Assembly: GCA_014905635.1 (NCBI GenBank)
Contig: JABVCE010000009.1
Span: 62,001 to 126,000, forward strand
Source of the DNA: Scenedesmus sp. PABB004
Lineage: Eukaryota
Length of the DNA stretch: 64,000 bases
Direction: 5' to 3'
Below the pieces are notes generated by a model that made no database searches, was not told the origin of the DNA, and was given only the letters and a program-made list of their open reading frames with translations. Shown here piece by piece: positions 35,001 through 60,077 of this stretch. The stretch's first letter is position 1. Every line of letters starts with the position of its first letter. Made by a program: the position numbers and the translations under genes.

Positions 35001-36306
35001 GGCGCAGCAGCAGCTGCCCACGCTCGGCGCCTGCCTCTTCGCCGGCTGCGCGCCGGACGAGCGCAGCGGCGGCGAGGGTGGCGGCGAGGGCGGCGACGCG
35101 GCGGCGGAGGCGGCGGCCGTGGTCGCGCGCTGGCGTGCTGCGCAGGGCGGCGCCGGCGCGTGCGAGGCGCTGCAGGGCCTCGCGCCGCCCTGGGCGCCGC
35201 CCGCGGGGCTCGCCAGCCTCAAAAAGGGCCAGCTTGCAGCCGTGGCGCAGCTGCGCGGCCTCGTCGTGCTGGGCAGGGCCGTCGCGGCGCTCGAGGCGCC
35301 GGAGCAAGTGCTGCACGTGCGTCGCGCCGCGCCGCGCGGAGCGCGGGCCGCCGAGCCGGTCTCTCGCATGCCGCCAGCCACGCGGGCGCGCCCGCCACCG
35401 CTCATGCCGCCGCCGCCGCCGCCGCCGCAGACGGTGCTGGAGGCGTCGGGCGTGCAGCGCGAGCTGGAGGCCGCCGCCGCCAAGCCGGGCTCCGCCCGCG
35501 CCGGCAAGGACGACGCACGGCGACGGCTCAACAACCTGGGCCTGCTGGCGCGCCTCGCGCGCAACCCGCGCGTGTACGACGACCCGGCCGCAGCGGCTGC
35601 CGGGGACGCCGGCGCCGGCGCCGGCAGCAGCAGCAGCAGCAGCCGCGGCAGCGGCAGCGGCAGCAGCGACCCGGGCGGCGGCGCTGCTGGGGGCGACGCG
35701 GACGGCGCGCCGGAGGCCGACGAGGCGCCGCCGGCGCCGCCGGCGGGGCTGGCCGCGCTGCGGCGCTTTGCTGACTTTTGTACGCTCATGGGCGAGAATG
35801 ACGAGGCGCAGGCTGGCGACCGGGTGGAGCTGCTGACGATGCACGCCTCCAAGGGGCGCGAGTGGGACTGCGTCGCGGTGCTGCGCTGCGACGACGGCAA
35901 CGTGCCGAGCCTGCGCAAGGACGACGCAAGCGACGCGCCCGACGCGCTTCAGCAGGAGCAGAACCTGCTGTATGTTGCCGCGACGCGCGCGCGCGACCAC
36001 CTGCTGCTGACCTGGCCCAGGTCGCTCTGGCAGCGGCAGGGCGAAGCGCGCGCGCCCAGCCGCTTCCTCGCCGGCCTGCTGCGCGCGGCGTGGCACGGCG
36101 AGCTCCCCGGCGCGGCCGTGCTCCCGCGGCGCTGGGTCGAGCGCGCCGGCGGCGGCGCCGACCGGCGGCGGGAGGGCTGGGGCGGGCGGCGCGGCGCGGG
36201 CGGCGGCGGCAGGAGTGCGTCTGAGGAGCTGCTGGACGTCACACTTGATGACATCAGCCTCGTGCGCTCGCCGCGGCGCGCGGCGGGCGGGTCGTCGCGG
36301 CGCTAG
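32060..36306 (+). CDS. UvrD/PcrA/Srs2-family SF1 DNA helicase with an N-terminal organelle-targeting-like extension
   Basis: LNEQQ, VIAGPGSGKT, FTFTRKAA, TFHSLC, DFNDLL, VLVDESQDTN, MVGDADQ|AIYAFRGA, LTSNYRS, LLTMHASKGREW, LLYVAATRAR. Confidence 0.92.
33100..33210. repeat. (GGGC)n simple repeat in an intron
   Basis: Directly visible. Confidence 0.85.
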
Positions 36307-36716
36307 CGCGGCACGCGGCGAGCTGGGCGAGGCCAGCTTTGCGTTGAGTTGGACGGAGTCGGCCGAGGTTGGCGCGCCCTCGCGCGTGTTACCGTGCCGC
36401 CCGCCAGTCGCGCCAGCTGCGCGGCCGCGCCGCGCCACGCGCGGTCGGCGTGCGCGGAGGGCAGCATGCCCGCCGCGCCCTCGCGCCGCCCGCCTCCTGC
36501 CTAAAAGCAATCTGCTCCCTCTCGTGCGCACAGCTGCGCCGAAACTCCTCCTGCCTGTCCGTCGCTGCCCACCCCGCGCTCCCCGCCGCTGCTAGCTCGC
36601 CTCGCCGGCGCGCCGCCGCGGTCCCCGCGCCTGGCGCGCCGCTCGCCGCCGGCCCGCGCGCCGGCCCGCACGCCGCGCAGCTCCCGGCTGCCCCGCGTGC
36701 CGCGCCGCGTGGCCGC

Positions 36717-45838
<9,122 letters not shown>

Positions 45839-46371
45839 CGCGCCAGGCGCCGCGCCGGCGCGCCCGGCGGCTGGTGCTGCTGCGCGCTCACGCCGCGCGG
45901 GCGAGCATCCCGCGGCGCTGCGGCGGCGGCCTCGGCGAAGAGATCGACGAGACGCGCGTCTCGCGACCGCTGGCGGGCTCAGGCGGCCGCCCTGGGCCCG
46001 GGTCGGCGCGGGTGCGGCCGGGCACGGCGGGCGGCGCGGTCGGGAGCGGTCGGCAGCGGTCGCGCGGGACGTGGGTCGGTGCCGAGGTGGTGGCCCTGCT
46101 GCGCGCGGAGCGTTGGCGGCCGCACCAGGCGCCGCGCGCTGGCCTGGTCCTGCGCCGACCGCGACTAACAGGTCTTCGCTGCTCGAGGGCAGCTCTGCCC
46201 TGCTCCGCTCGGCACTCTCAGCGCCACAGCTGTGCGTGGGCGACCCGACTGCGGCGGCGGCGCTGGGCGACCGGGCGGCGCGGGCATCACCGCGGCGCTG
46301 CCGCTGCGCCGGTGGCCTCCGCTCCCTGATCCTCCTGCCTGCCGCGGCCCCGCCTCCAGCAGCGCCGCCGC

Positions 46372-48772
46372 ATGGCGGACGTGTGCCCGCGCGACCAGGG
46401 CGGCCCGCGGGCGCCGCCGCGCGGCGCCGCTGCCGGAGCACGGCGCCCGGCGGCGCCGCCCGGCGGCGCGGCGGCGCGCCACAAGGCCTTCACCGCCGAC
46501 CTCATCGCCGCGATCGAGGAGCTGGGGGCCAGGCGCGCGGCGGCGCCGCCGGAGGAGCTCGCGGCGGGCGCGTGGGCGAAGCTGCAGTTCGACCTGCCCG
46601 CGCTCGAGGCGCGCGAGCTCGCGGCGCTGCTGGATGCGCTGCGGTCGTCGCTCGGCGACCCCAAGGCGAGCTGGCCGTGCTTCACGCTGACGGCCAAGGC
46701 GCTGGAGAACGTGACCGCCGGCGCGCGCCGCGCGGGGGGCGGCCCCGAGCCCGCGCCCAGCGACGCCGAGGCGGCGCTGCGCGCGGCGCTCGCGGCGGGA
46801 CGCGGCGGCGGCGGCGGCGCGGAGCAGGCGGCGGCGGCGGGCGGCGCGGCGGGCGCGACGGCGCAGCAGCTGTACCAGCAGCTGTGCGGCGTGCTGCTGC
46901 TGCAGTACGTTGCCCGGGTGGTCTCGCTGCCGGAGCAGCAGGCTTGGGCGCTGCTGGCGGACTACGAGCCCGAGGGCGACGACGAGCAGGCCCCGCCGCG
47001 CGGCGGCGCGCCCGGCGGCGTCGGCAGCAGCAGCGACGGCGACGGCGAGCGCGGCGCCGAGCCGCAGCAGGCGGCCGCGGCCGCGGCGGCGGCGGCGGCG
47101 CAGGGCGCGCCGGTCGAGGCGGTGCTGTCTGCGGCGCTGCAGGCCGGCGCCGGCGGCGCGCCGAGCGGCGCGCCGAGCGCGGTGATCTACGAGCTGGTGG
47201 AGGCGGCGGAGCAGGACAGCGACGGCGATGCGTATGAGGCACTCGAGCAGCCGCCGCCGGCAGCAGCTCAGCCGGCAGCAGCGCCGCTGCCAGCTGCGCG
47301 GCGCGGCGGCGCGGCGGCGCAGCAGGCGGCGGCGGCGGCGGCGGCGCAGCAGCAGCAGCCGCGCGAGCCGTACAGCTGGCCGGCGCTCCGGCGCAAGCTC
47401 GCGGCGCTGGCGGGGCACGTTCACTACAGCCTGCTGGCGTACGAGCCGCTCTGGCGCAGCGGCGGCGCGGCGCAGCACCTGCTCGCGCTGCTGCGCGCGC
47501 TGGGCGCGCACGGGCGCGGCGAGGAGCTCGCGCCGCTGCTGCACGCGTACGTCGCGCTGCTCGTCGACCGCCTCGCCGCGGCGCCGGCCGACCTGCCGCT
47601 GCTGCAGCAGCTGTGGGAGGCGCTCGGCCTCCTCGCCGGCGGCGGCGCGCCGGGCGCGCGCGTGTGCGGGCGCGGCGGCGCGCTGCCGGCGGAGGCGCTG
47701 CTTGCCTTCAGCGTCGCGGCTGCGGTGTGGGCGCAGCTGCCGCCCGGCGGCGGCCGCGGCGCGCTGTGGCGGCTGATGCACGAGCACCTGCTGCCGCTGC
47801 TGGAGGCGTGCACCGAGCAGCTCGCGTACGGCGCCGCGCCCGGCGGCGCGGCGGCGCGCGGCGAGGGCTTTGCGCACGCGCTGCTGCTCGCGCATGTCGC
47901 GGAGCTGCTCGTGCTCGGCCGGCCGGCCGGCGTGGACGTCGGCGCCGCGCTCACGCAGCGTGGCGTGACGCGCAACGTCACGGCACTGTTCGCGCAGCAC
48001 GCGGCCGACGGGGCGGCGGAGCCGCTCAGGTGGGCCCGCCTGCGCGCGCGCAGCGCAGCCGGCACGGCCGGGCCGCGGCCACGCCACGGGCCCGCCCGCA
48101 GCCGGCGGCGCTGACGCCGCGCCGCGCCGCGCCCCGCGCTCGCCGCCGCGCCGCAGGCGCGCGCTGCTGCTGGCCGCGTGCTCGTCGCAGGCCACCGCCG
48201 CGTGGGTGCTGGCGGTGCCGACCGTCACCGCGCAGCTGCAGCACCCCGCGTTTGCGCTCGGTGGGCCCGCCGAGGCCCACGGCGCGCTGTGGGAGCTGCT
48301 GGCCGCGCGGCAGCGCCAGCCGGGCGGCGCGGCGGCGGCGGAGGCGGGCGCCGGCTGCGGGCAGCTGCTGGCGCTGCTGGCGCTCGACCCGGCCGACACG
48401 GCGGCGCTGCAGCGCCAGGTCGCGGCGCTGCAGCTGCTCGCCGACGCGCGCGGCGCCGCGGGGCGGCAGGCGCTGTGGGGCGGGCCCGTGCTCGCCGCGC
48501 TCAAGGCGCTCGCGGGCGCGGTCAAGGCGCTGCCGCCGCCCGGCGGCGCCGGCGGCGAGGCGCCGCGGGGCGCGCGGCGCCGCGAGGGCGCCAAGGCCGC
48601 GGACAGCGACGCCGACTCGGACGACGAGCAGCCCGACCAGGCCGCCCGCCGCGGCGCGGCGCCGCCGGGGCGGGCCGGGCCCGGCCTCGCGGCGCGGCAG
48701 GCGGCGCAGCTCGCGCCGGCCGCGCTGCGGCTGGTCAAGGGCCTGCTCACAACCGGCGGGAAGACTGACTGA
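46372..48772 (+). CDS. Hypothetical helical protein (2 exons, about 46372-48029 and 48157-48772), divergent from RPA2
   Basis: Long coding-like ORF with typical codon usage and a GT-AG intron. No family recognised. Confidence 0.7.
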
Positions 48773-49024
48773 GCGAGGGGGGGGGGGGGGGCGGGAGAGC
48801 GAGAGTGTGACCCGACGGACTGGCGACGCGCGCGCTCGGCGGCTCTCGCTGCTGCTGCCCACCAGCCGGCCGCGCGCGCGGGGGAGACCGACGGGCGCGC
48901 CGTTGCCCGCCGCCGCTCGCCGCCGCGGGTGTCTGTCTCAACACACCGGCACCGCAAAATCGCAGCGCTACTACTGTACACACGGCGCCGGCCGCGCCGC
49001 CCCTGCACGCGCGCGGCGCGCGGG

Positions 49025-50132
49025 TCACGCCTCGTCCTCGCTGCCGCTGCCGCTGCTGCTGCTGCCGTCGTCGTCCGAGTCGCCGCCGTCGAGCATGTCC
49101 AGCATCGTCTTCTTGCGCTTGGGCGCGGGGCCGCGCCGCCCGCGCCCGCGCCCGCGCCCGCGCCGCCCGCGGCCGTGGCCGCCTTGCGCTTGCCGCCCGG
49201 CGAGCCGCCGGCCGCCGCCGCCGCCGCTGCCGCTCCGGCGTCTGCCGCGCCGGCCGGGGGGCTGCCGCCGCTGCCGCTGCCGCTGCCGCCGCTGCCGCTC
49301 GCGCCGCTGCCGCCGCTCGCGCCGGCGCCCTGGCCCAGGGCCTCCGCGAGCGCCGTCTGCACCGACTCTGCGACCGCCTCGGCCGCCTTCTTGTGCGCCT
49401 GCCGCACCTCCTCCACGTTGATCTGCGGCGGCGGCGGGGCATCGCGGCCAGGTCAGCGCCGGCACCCCCCGCCGCGGTGCGGTCGCGCGCGTCGCCCCCC
49501 TGCCCCCCCCCCCCCCCGCGGCCGCGTCGCACCCTGTCGTCGCGGTCGCGGCGCGACTGGCGGGCCATCTCCTTCATGTGCTTCATAGCAAGCTTCTCGA
49601 GCTCCCGCTCCTTGGCCTCCGCCTGCCACGCGTGGAGGCGCTTCTCCGCCTCGACGTGCCGGATGCGGCGGCCCGAGAGGTCGCGGCACGCGTCAAAGTT
49701 GTCGGTCGCCTTGCCGTCGCGCCCCTGGCCGCGCAGCAGCGCGCCGAAGCCGCCCTTGCCGCCCGCGAGGCGGAGCGAGAGGTGCACGACGCCGCCCGAC
49801 GCAGACGACAGCGCGCCGGCGAGCGGCGCGCCCGGGTCGGCCAGCAGCCGCCCGCCGGCGGTGAGGACCTGCTCGTGCGTCGGGACGCCGGTGGCGGCCT
49901 GCGGGCGGCGCGGCGCGGCGCGGCGCGGCGTCAGCGGCGGCGGGGCATGGGCGCTCGCGCGCCCGCGCCGGCGCGGCGGCGCCCCGGCTGCGGCTGCCCG
50001 CGCCGCCCCGCGCGCCGGAGGCCCGGGGGCGCGCCCCACCTGCACCGCGGCGCGCAGCTGCGCCACGCTCGCGCCGGGCGGCAGGTCCAGCGCCGACGTC
50101 CCCCCGCCCAGGCCGCGCAGGAGGAGCTGCAT
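49025..50132 (-). CDS. SDE2: SDE2 (ubiquitin-fold, splicing and replication-stress regulator), 3 exons
   Basis: Ubiquitin-like N-terminus, then LRLAGGKGGFGALLRGQG...TDNFDACRDLSGRRIRHV, the diagnostic SDE2 cleavage motif. Confidence 0.93.
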
Positions 50133-50473
50133 GGCGCCGGCCGGCGTGAACGTGCAGGCCGCGACGGGGGCGGGCGCCGGGAGGACGGGCGAGACGCCGG
50201 GGGAGGTCTGCTGCTCGAGGTGCGCTCGGCCCGGCGTGCGAGGGGGGCGCGGCTGAGCGAGTGGCGCGCTGTGTGTGTGTGCGGCCGCACGCACGCTCAG
50301 AGGGTCGCCACCGGGGCCCAGGGGCCTGCACCACCACGGCGCTCGGTCTCCCCGCTGCCAGCCGAACGCAGCAGCATCTGCGCCACCGCCCGCCTCCCGG
50401 CGCAGAGGGATCGCCGCCCGCCGCCGCTCTCTCGCGGATCTGCCGCCGCGCCGCGGAGCAGCAGCAGCGCCAG

Positions 50474-52940
<2,467 letters not shown>

Positions 52941-53089
52941 AGCGGGCGCCGGGGGCTGGCTCTCGAGGGTGCTGTGTTGTGCTGACGTGGGGGGCGGCGG
53001 GAGAAGAAGGACGCCAGCGGCAGTTTTCCGGCGAGCGAGCGAGGCAACGGCGAGCGACGACGGGGCGGCTGTGACCTCGCAGCGCGCGG

Positions 53090-53094
53090 TTACA
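53090..53094 (-). promoter_or_regulatory. TGTAA polyadenylation signal for the Kish gene
   Basis: TTACA on the + strand, about 65 nt past the Kish stop. Confidence 0.55.
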
Positions 53095-53159
53095 GCGACG
53101 GTTGCGCGCTCGCGACAGCCCAGCGCTGCCGGCGCCCCGCCGAGCCCGCGCGGTGCGCC

Positions 53160-53520
53160 TCACGACAGGAGCGTGCTGAAGCCCATCGCCACGCACGCGA
53201 TGCCCACCCACGGGCTTAACCGCTCGCCGATGCGCGCCGCCTTCCAGAACAGCCCCCTGAACCTGCGCGGCGGCGGGGCGGGGCCGGCCCGCGAGCGGCG
53301 GCGGCGGCGATCGGCGGCCGCCGGCGCACGCGCGCACGCTCGCTCGCTCGCTCGCTCGCTCGCTCGCGCGCTCGCAGGCGTCGCCGCTGCTGCGACGCCG
53401 CCCCACCCACCCGGTCGTCTGCGTGAGGCCGCCCGGGTTGATGAGCTTGTAGTAGGTGCAGGAGCAGATGGTCAGCAGCACGACGGTCAGGAAGGACTGG
53501 AAGTCGAACAGCGCCGACAT
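53160..53520 (-). CDS. KSH1: Protein Kish (TMEM167), 2 exons
   Basis: [23 protein letters not shown]...[29 protein letters not shown]. Confidence 0.95.
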
Positions 53521-54147
53521 GGCGCCGCGCCGGCGCTGGCGGCAGCAGCGGCCGCGCCCGCCGCCGCCCGCCGCGGCGGGGTGTGTTGCTCGGCGCCGCC
53601 GCGCTCGCGGGCTTGGGTTGTGCTGCGCGGCGCCTGCAACGACGGGGGTAAGCGGCGCGCACGCGAGCTGCTGGCGCGGCGGTTGGCGCGCTGCTGCACC
53701 GCGCGGCGTCGGCGGCGCGGGCGGCGGCAGCGGCTGCCCAGGCAAGCGCTGGCGGCGGCGTCGAGGCGACGAAGTTGTGGCGCCCCCGGCCGGCCGGGGC
53801 GTGCGCCTGGTCTCGCGTCAGTGAACTCGAGCGTCGCCCGGGCCCTGCACCCCGGAGGCGCCGCGGCTCACGCCCGCGTCGCGCTCTTCGTCTCGTGCCG
53901 GTGCCACACGCCCTCGCCGCGCCGATCACGCGCACCCAGGCCGCGCAACGCCGTCGGGGAGCTGGCCGTCGCAGCCCGCTCCGCTCCCACCGGCGCCCAG
54001 GCCCGCCCGCCCGGCGCTCCGACGCGCCCCGCGCCCTGATCAGCGCCCTCTCGGCCCGCGCACGCAGCGCGGCGGCGGGGTAGGGCTGTCCAGCAGCAGC
54101 CGGGCGGCGGCAGCGCCGGCGGCGGACCGGCCCCCGGTGCGCCCACG

Positions 54148-56635
54148 ATGATGATGCAGCAGCAGCGCCAGGCCGCGCGGGCCGGCGTCCCGGGTGGCGC
54201 CGTCGCGGCGCCGCGGCCGGCGGCGCTGGCGGCGGCGGCGCGGCGCAGCGCGGCGGCCCGGCGGCCGCGGCGCGCGGCGGCGCCGCCGCGCGCGCAGGCG
54301 GCGCCGGCGCCGGCGGCGGCGCCCGCCGCGCCCGCCGCGGTGCCCGCCGCGGGCGCGCTGCCGAGCGGCGCGAAGCTCGCCGCGGCGTACGGCGAGAACG
54401 CCAACATGCCCGACTGGCACAAGGGCCGCCGCGCGGGCGTGATCCTGCACCCGACGTCGCTGCCGGGGCGCTACGGCGTCGGCGAGCTCGGGCGCGAGGC
54501 GTTTGCGTTTGTGGACTGGCTCGCCGACGCGGGCATGCAGTGCTGGCAGGTGCTGCCGCTCGTGCCGCCCGACCCCGAGTATTACAGCCCCTACAGCGGC
54601 CTCGACACCAACTGCGGCAACCCGCTGCTCATCGACGTCGACGCGCTCATCACCGAGGGCCTGCTCGCGCCCGGCGACGCGCCGCCGGCGGCCGGCCCCG
54701 GCGACGTCGACTTTGGCGCCGTCGCGGACGCAAAGGGCCCGCTGCTCGGCCGCGCCGCGCGCGCGCTGCTGAGCGAGCCGCGCTTCGCCGCGCTGCGGGG
54801 CCTGCTCGGCGAGTTCCGCGCGGCCAACCCCTGGATCGAGGACAGCGCGCTCTTCGACGCGCTGCGCCTCACGCCCGAGCTTGCCGGCAGCGACTGGTGG
54901 GAGTGGCCCGAGCCGCTGCGCTTCCGCGAGCCCAAGGCGCTCGCCGCCGCGGCCGAGGCGCACAAGGCGCACATCGAGGAGTTTGTGGCCATCCAGTTCC
55001 TCTTCGACCGCCAGTGGCGCGCCGTCAAGGCGCGCGACCCGCGCGGGTTTGCTTGCGCCGCGGCGCGCGCGCGCCGGCGCCGGCCCCGCTCTCTGACCCG
55101 CGCCGTTCCGCCACGCACACACATACAAACACACACGTGCATGCACGCAGGCGTACGCCAATTCGCGTGGCGTGAAGATCATCGGCGACATGCCCATCTA
55201 TGTCGGCGGCCAGTCGGCCGACGTGTGGGCCAACCGGCACCTCTTCGAGCTCAACGAGGAGACCTGCACGCCCGAGGACGTGAGCGGCGTGCCGCCCGAC
55301 GCGTTCTCCGCGACCGGCCAGCTCTGGGGCAGCCCGCTGTACCGGTGCGCGCGACGCGGCGCGCGGGCGGCGCCGCGCGGCGCGTGCGCCGCGCGAGCTG
55401 CGCCCGCGGGGGCCCCACCGCCGCGCCCCGTCGCCGCGCCCCCGCGCCCGCACAGGTGGCCCGCGCACGAGGCGGAGGGGTACAAGTGGTGGGCCAACCG
55501 CCTCGGCCGCGCGCTGCAGCTCTACGACGAGACCCGCATCGACCACTTCAGGCGCGCGGCCGCGCACAGACGCCGCCGCCGCCGGGCTCGCCGCGCGCCG
55601 CCGCCGCAGCGCGTGCCGCGGGGCGCGCCCCGGCCCCCGCCGCAGCGCCCGCGCGCGCGCCGCGAGCTGCTGCCGACGCGGCGCGCCCGCCGCGCGGCCG
55701 GCCGCGCTGGCTGCGCAGGGCGTTTGCTGGCTACTGGAGCGTTGAGGCGACCGAGGAGACGGCGATGAACGGCCACTGGCGCCAGGGCCCCGGGCTGGGG
55801 CTGTTCAAGGCGCTGTCGGCGCAGCTCGGCGAGGTCCCCATCCTCGCGGAGGACCTCGGCGTCATCACCAAGGACGTCGTCGCACTCAGGCGCGGCAGCG
55901 CCGGCACGCCCTGCGGCGCGGCGGTGGCGCGCCCGTGCGGCGGCGTGCCCGGCCGGCGGCGGCGAGCGCCGCGGGCGCCCTGCCAGCCGCGAACGCCGCC
56001 GCCGCGCGCCCGCGCAGGGAGGCGATCGGCGCGCCGGGCATGGTCGTGCTGCAGTTTGCGTGGGGCGGCGGCAACACCAACGTGCACCTCCCGCACATGC
56101 ACTACGAGAACAGCTTCTGCTACCCCGGCACGCACGACAACGAGACCGCGGTCGGGTGGTTTGCGGGGTCGGCCAACGCCGAGGACAAGGCCTACCTCGC
56201 CGCCTACCTCGGCAGCGACGGCGCCGACATCGCGTGGGACTTCATCCGCGCCGCCATGGCGTCCGTGTCCAACACGACCGTCATCATGATGCAGGCGCGG
56301 CGGCGCAGCGGCGGCGGCGGCGGCGGCGCCGTGGCGGCGGCGGCGGCGGCGGCGGCGCGGGGGCGGTGCGCAGCCGCGGCGGCCGCGCGGGCCGAGCCGC
56401 GCCGCGCCGCGCGCCGCGCTGCTCGCAGGACATCATGCGCCTGGACAACAGCGCGCGCATGAACGTGCCGGGCCGCGCCGCGGGCAACTGGGCGTGGCGC
56501 GTGGGCGGGCCGGAGGTGTGGGCGAAGCTCGCGCCCGAGGCGGCGGCGCTGCGGCGGCTCGCGTACGTCTACAACCGCCTGCCCAAGAACACCAAGCACA
56601 AGGACTTTGAGTTCGACAAGGAGGAGGCGGCGTGA
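54148..56635 (+). CDS. DPE1: Plastid 4-alpha-glucanotransferase (D-enzyme, GH77), 6 exons
   Basis: [87 protein letters not shown]...GNW. Ala/Arg-rich transit peptide. Confidence 0.96.
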
Positions 56636-56959
56636 TGGCCTCGGCGCGGGCGCGCCGGAGACGCGCGCGCGGCTGCGGCGGGGGGGCAGCAGCCGCCCCC
56701 AGCCGCCGGACCAATTCTTGCGTGCGCGTGCCGGAGCGGGGTGGGTGGTGCGCATGCAACAACGCGGGCGGCGGGCTCGCTCGCGCCCTCGCCGCACCTG
56801 CGCCCGTTCGACGCGTCGCGACAGCTGCGCCCGCTCGAACCGCCGCCGCGGCTCAGAGAGGCCCCCGCGCGCCGCCCCAGCGCCGCCCGCCACACCCGCC
56901 GCGCCCGCGCCGCCCCCTGCGCCACGCGCCACGCCCAGCACGCGCTGGTGGCCGCAAGC

Positions 56960-57686
56960 ATGGCACACAACAACATTCAGTACTCGGAGAAGTACTACGA
57001 CGACGTCTACGAGTACCGGTGGGTGGATCAGGCCACGAGGCATCCCCCGCGCCGCCCGGGCGGGCCGCCGGCCGCGGCGCGGCGAGGGGCAGCAGCATCG
57101 CGCGCTTTCAGCCGCCCGCCCGCGCGCGGGCCGGCCCGCGGCGCCCCGGCGGGCGCCCACGGTCACCGCGCGCGCCCCCCGCACGCCAGGCACGTGGTGC
57201 TGCCGCCGGAGATCGCGCAGCACCTGCCCAAGAACCGACTGCTGTCGGAGGTGCGGCGGCGGCGCCGCGCCGCGCCGCCCGCGCGCCGCCGCCCCGGGCG
57301 CGCCGGCCGACCTTGTGCCCGGTCCGCCCGCAGAACGAGTGGCGCGGCCTGGGCGTGCAGCAGTCGCGCGGCTGGGAGCACTACGCGATCCACCGCCCGG
57401 AGCCGCACATCATGCTGTTCAGGTGCGGGCGGTTGCCGCGGCGCGTGCACGCGCGCCGCCCGCGCCGCTGCCAGATTGTGGGCCGCCCCCGGCTCGGCGT
57501 GGGGGCGAGGGGCGGAGGCGCCGCGGGCGGCGCCGCTGCACGTGCGTCGGCGCGCGCCCCAGCGGCTCGCGCGCGGCCTCACGCTCGCCCGCGGCCGCGC
57601 CCGCCCGTGCGCGCAGGCGACCCAAGGGCTACGGCCAGCCCCAGGCCATGGTGAACGCCATGGGCCAGCCCCAGGTGGTCGGCTGA
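56960..57686 (+). CDS. CKS1: Cyclin-dependent kinase regulatory subunit (Cks1/Suc1), 4 exons
   Basis: [20 protein letters not shown]...[37 protein letters not shown]. Confidence 0.97.
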
Positions 57687-58600
57687 GCGCCCGTGTCGGC
57701 CGCCCAGGCAGCGGCGCCGGCTGTGCGCGCGCGCGCCGCCGCGTCGCCGCCCGCGCCGCCGCCTGGGCGGCGCCGCGGCCCGGACAGGCGTCTGTCAATA
57801 AGGGGAGGAGGGCTGGGTCAACGGCGTGTAGGTAGAGGGCCGCGGCTGGAGTTGGAGCTGCTGCGCCGGGCGCAGCGCCACCCGCGCCGGCGGCGGGGGC
57901 GCCGGCAGGGGCGGGCGACGACGCGCCGGCGAGGCGCCCGCGCGCCCGCAGGGGCGGCGGCGATCACCACACACCACTTGCTGGGTCCTGTCACCGCCCG
58001 CCGGCGGCCGCCGCGCGCGTGCGCACGCAGCGGCCGCGGCAGGTGGCTGCGCGCGTCGCGTGCTTCTCTCACGCACTGCTCATGCGCCGCGCGCTGCACC
58101 GATGCTGGGCAAGCATCCCCCGTGATTCGGCTGTGCGCTTCGCACATCGTGGCTCGCGCGCACGGGCCCCCGGCGCGCCGTGCGCGTGTGCGCGCTCACC
58201 CGTCCTGCCGTCGCGCGCGCGCCGCCGCGGCTCGCCGCGCCAACCTTTGTGGCGCGGCGGAGCGCAGGCAGGGCGGGAGACTGCTGTACACTACCCGCAC
58301 ATTCGCGGCGACCGCCGCTGTAAAAGCGCGCTCGCGTCCCGGGGGTGGCGGTTGCGGGTCCGCCTGCTGTGCTTCCGGCGCGCGCCCGCCGAGCTTCGGT
58401 GACCCGTTGGGAGCGGCAGCGCGCGCTCCTTCAGCGCACTCCCGCGGCCCCTCCACCGCTGCCGCGCCCTGCGCAAGCCCTGCGGCGCGCTGCGCCGCAG
58501 GCCGGCGTCACGCTCAAACAGCAGGCCTTGCAGGCCGCCGTCGCGCGTTGCTGGGTCGCGTCGCCTGCGCTGTGCTGCCAGGACGGACCATCGTAACGTG

Positions 58601-60077
58601 ATGAGCCGTGCATTGGCCTGCTTGGCGGTCGCGGCGGGTGCGCGGCGCTGCCCGACCGCCGCTGCTGCCGCCGCCGGCGCGCGCGCGCTCAGCGGCCGGC
58701 ACACCCACACCACCCGTCGCACGCGGCCCTGATGCCGCCGCAGCAGCGCTGTGCGCGCTGCCGGCGGCCGCCGCGGCCGGCGCCAACGCGACCGCCGCCG
58801 CGGCGAACTCGAGCGCGCCCGTCGCGGTCTCGTCGTTCTCGAAGCTGCCGAAGGCCCTGCCGCAGCTGTCGCGGCTGATGACCTACCTGGACATGGTGCG
58901 CACGCGGGGCCGAGCCGCGGCGCGACGGCGGCCGCGCAGCGCACGCTGCGCCCAGCGCCGCGGCAGGCCGGTCCACCTGGCCGTGCTCCCCTGCGCCGTC
59001 CGCCGCCGCCAGGTGCCCGAGCTGCAGGCGTATCTTGACGACCCCGACACTGTCTGCACGGTCATCGCCCCCACCAACGAGGCGCGCGGCGCGAGCGCTT
59101 GCCCCCCCCCCCCCCCCCCCGCCCCGGCGGCCCGGCGGCAGCGCGGCACTGACCCGCTCAGGGCAGCCGCGGCGCCGCTCACGCGCGCCCCGCCGCCGCC
59201 GCTGCCGCCGCCGCCGCAGGCAATCGCCTACGGCCTGAACGCCCTGGGGCCGTTCGTCGGCCTCATGGTACGGCCGGCGCCGCGTGCCGCGCGCGCGCCG
59301 CTCGCCGCCCCACGCGCGCTGCCCCCCCCCCCCCCCCGCCGGCACGCCCGACCCGCGCCCGACCCGCTCGCGCCCCGCCGCGCGCCCCGCCCGCGCCCCG
59401 CCCCGCCCCGCCCGCGCGCAGCTGCAGAACGCGAGCCTGCGCGACGCCGTCATGAACTATCACGTCATCCCCGGCCGCGCCATCCCCGCGTCGCAGCTCG
59501 GCGCGGGCGGGGCGACGACGCGGGAGCTCACGCGCGCGAACGAGACGGTCTGGTTTGTCCGCCGCAACGGCACGGCGCACGTGTCGTACCGCCCCGAGTA
59601 TGCCATCCCGCTCGAGGTGACGCGCCCGGGGCTCAGGGTTTTAAACCAGGCAGCGCGGGGGGGGGGGGGGGGGGGGGGTTCCTACGGGCCCATGCTGCGG
59701 TCTCAGCGCGCCGCGGTCTCAGCGTGTGGGGCCGCGCCGCGCCGCGCTCGCAGACGGTCGACGTGCGTTCGGGCAAGTGCCTCGTGCACACCATCAGCGA
59801 CATGCTGCTCATCCCCCCCACGCTCTGGCCCACCTTCCACGAATGGCTCCAGAAGGCCGGCACCGTGCCGCCGCCCCTGCCCAAGGCCGACTGGGTGCGC
59901 GACGCGACGCCCGCGCCGGGCACGATCGAGGCGCTCGCCGGTGGCGGCGCCGCGCCGCCGGCGGCGCCGCCCGCGCCGCCGCCCGCGCCCGTGAGCAGCG
60001 GCGGCCGCCGCCGCGGCGCCGGCGGCTTGGCTGCACTGCTGGCCGGGGCGGCGGCGGCGGCGGCGGCGCTCGCGTGA
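58601..60077 (+). CDS. Fasciclin (FAS1) domain cell-surface protein, likely GPI-anchored
   Basis: Signal peptide, H1 TVIAPTNE|A, NYHVIPG, H2 DVRSGKCLVHTISDMLL, a Pro/Ala linker and a hydrophobic C-terminus. Confidence 0.82.

Noticed and set aside
32060..36306. Bacterial contamination suggested by UvrD or the histidine kinase
   Set aside because: Both genes have multiple spliceosomal introns of the same style as their neighbours.
46165..49416. 1083-aa minus-strand ORF and the many other long Arg/Ala/Pro-rich ORFs
   Set aside because: Stop-codon scarcity at very high GC. They are antisense or off-frame shadows of real spliced genes and carry no motifs.
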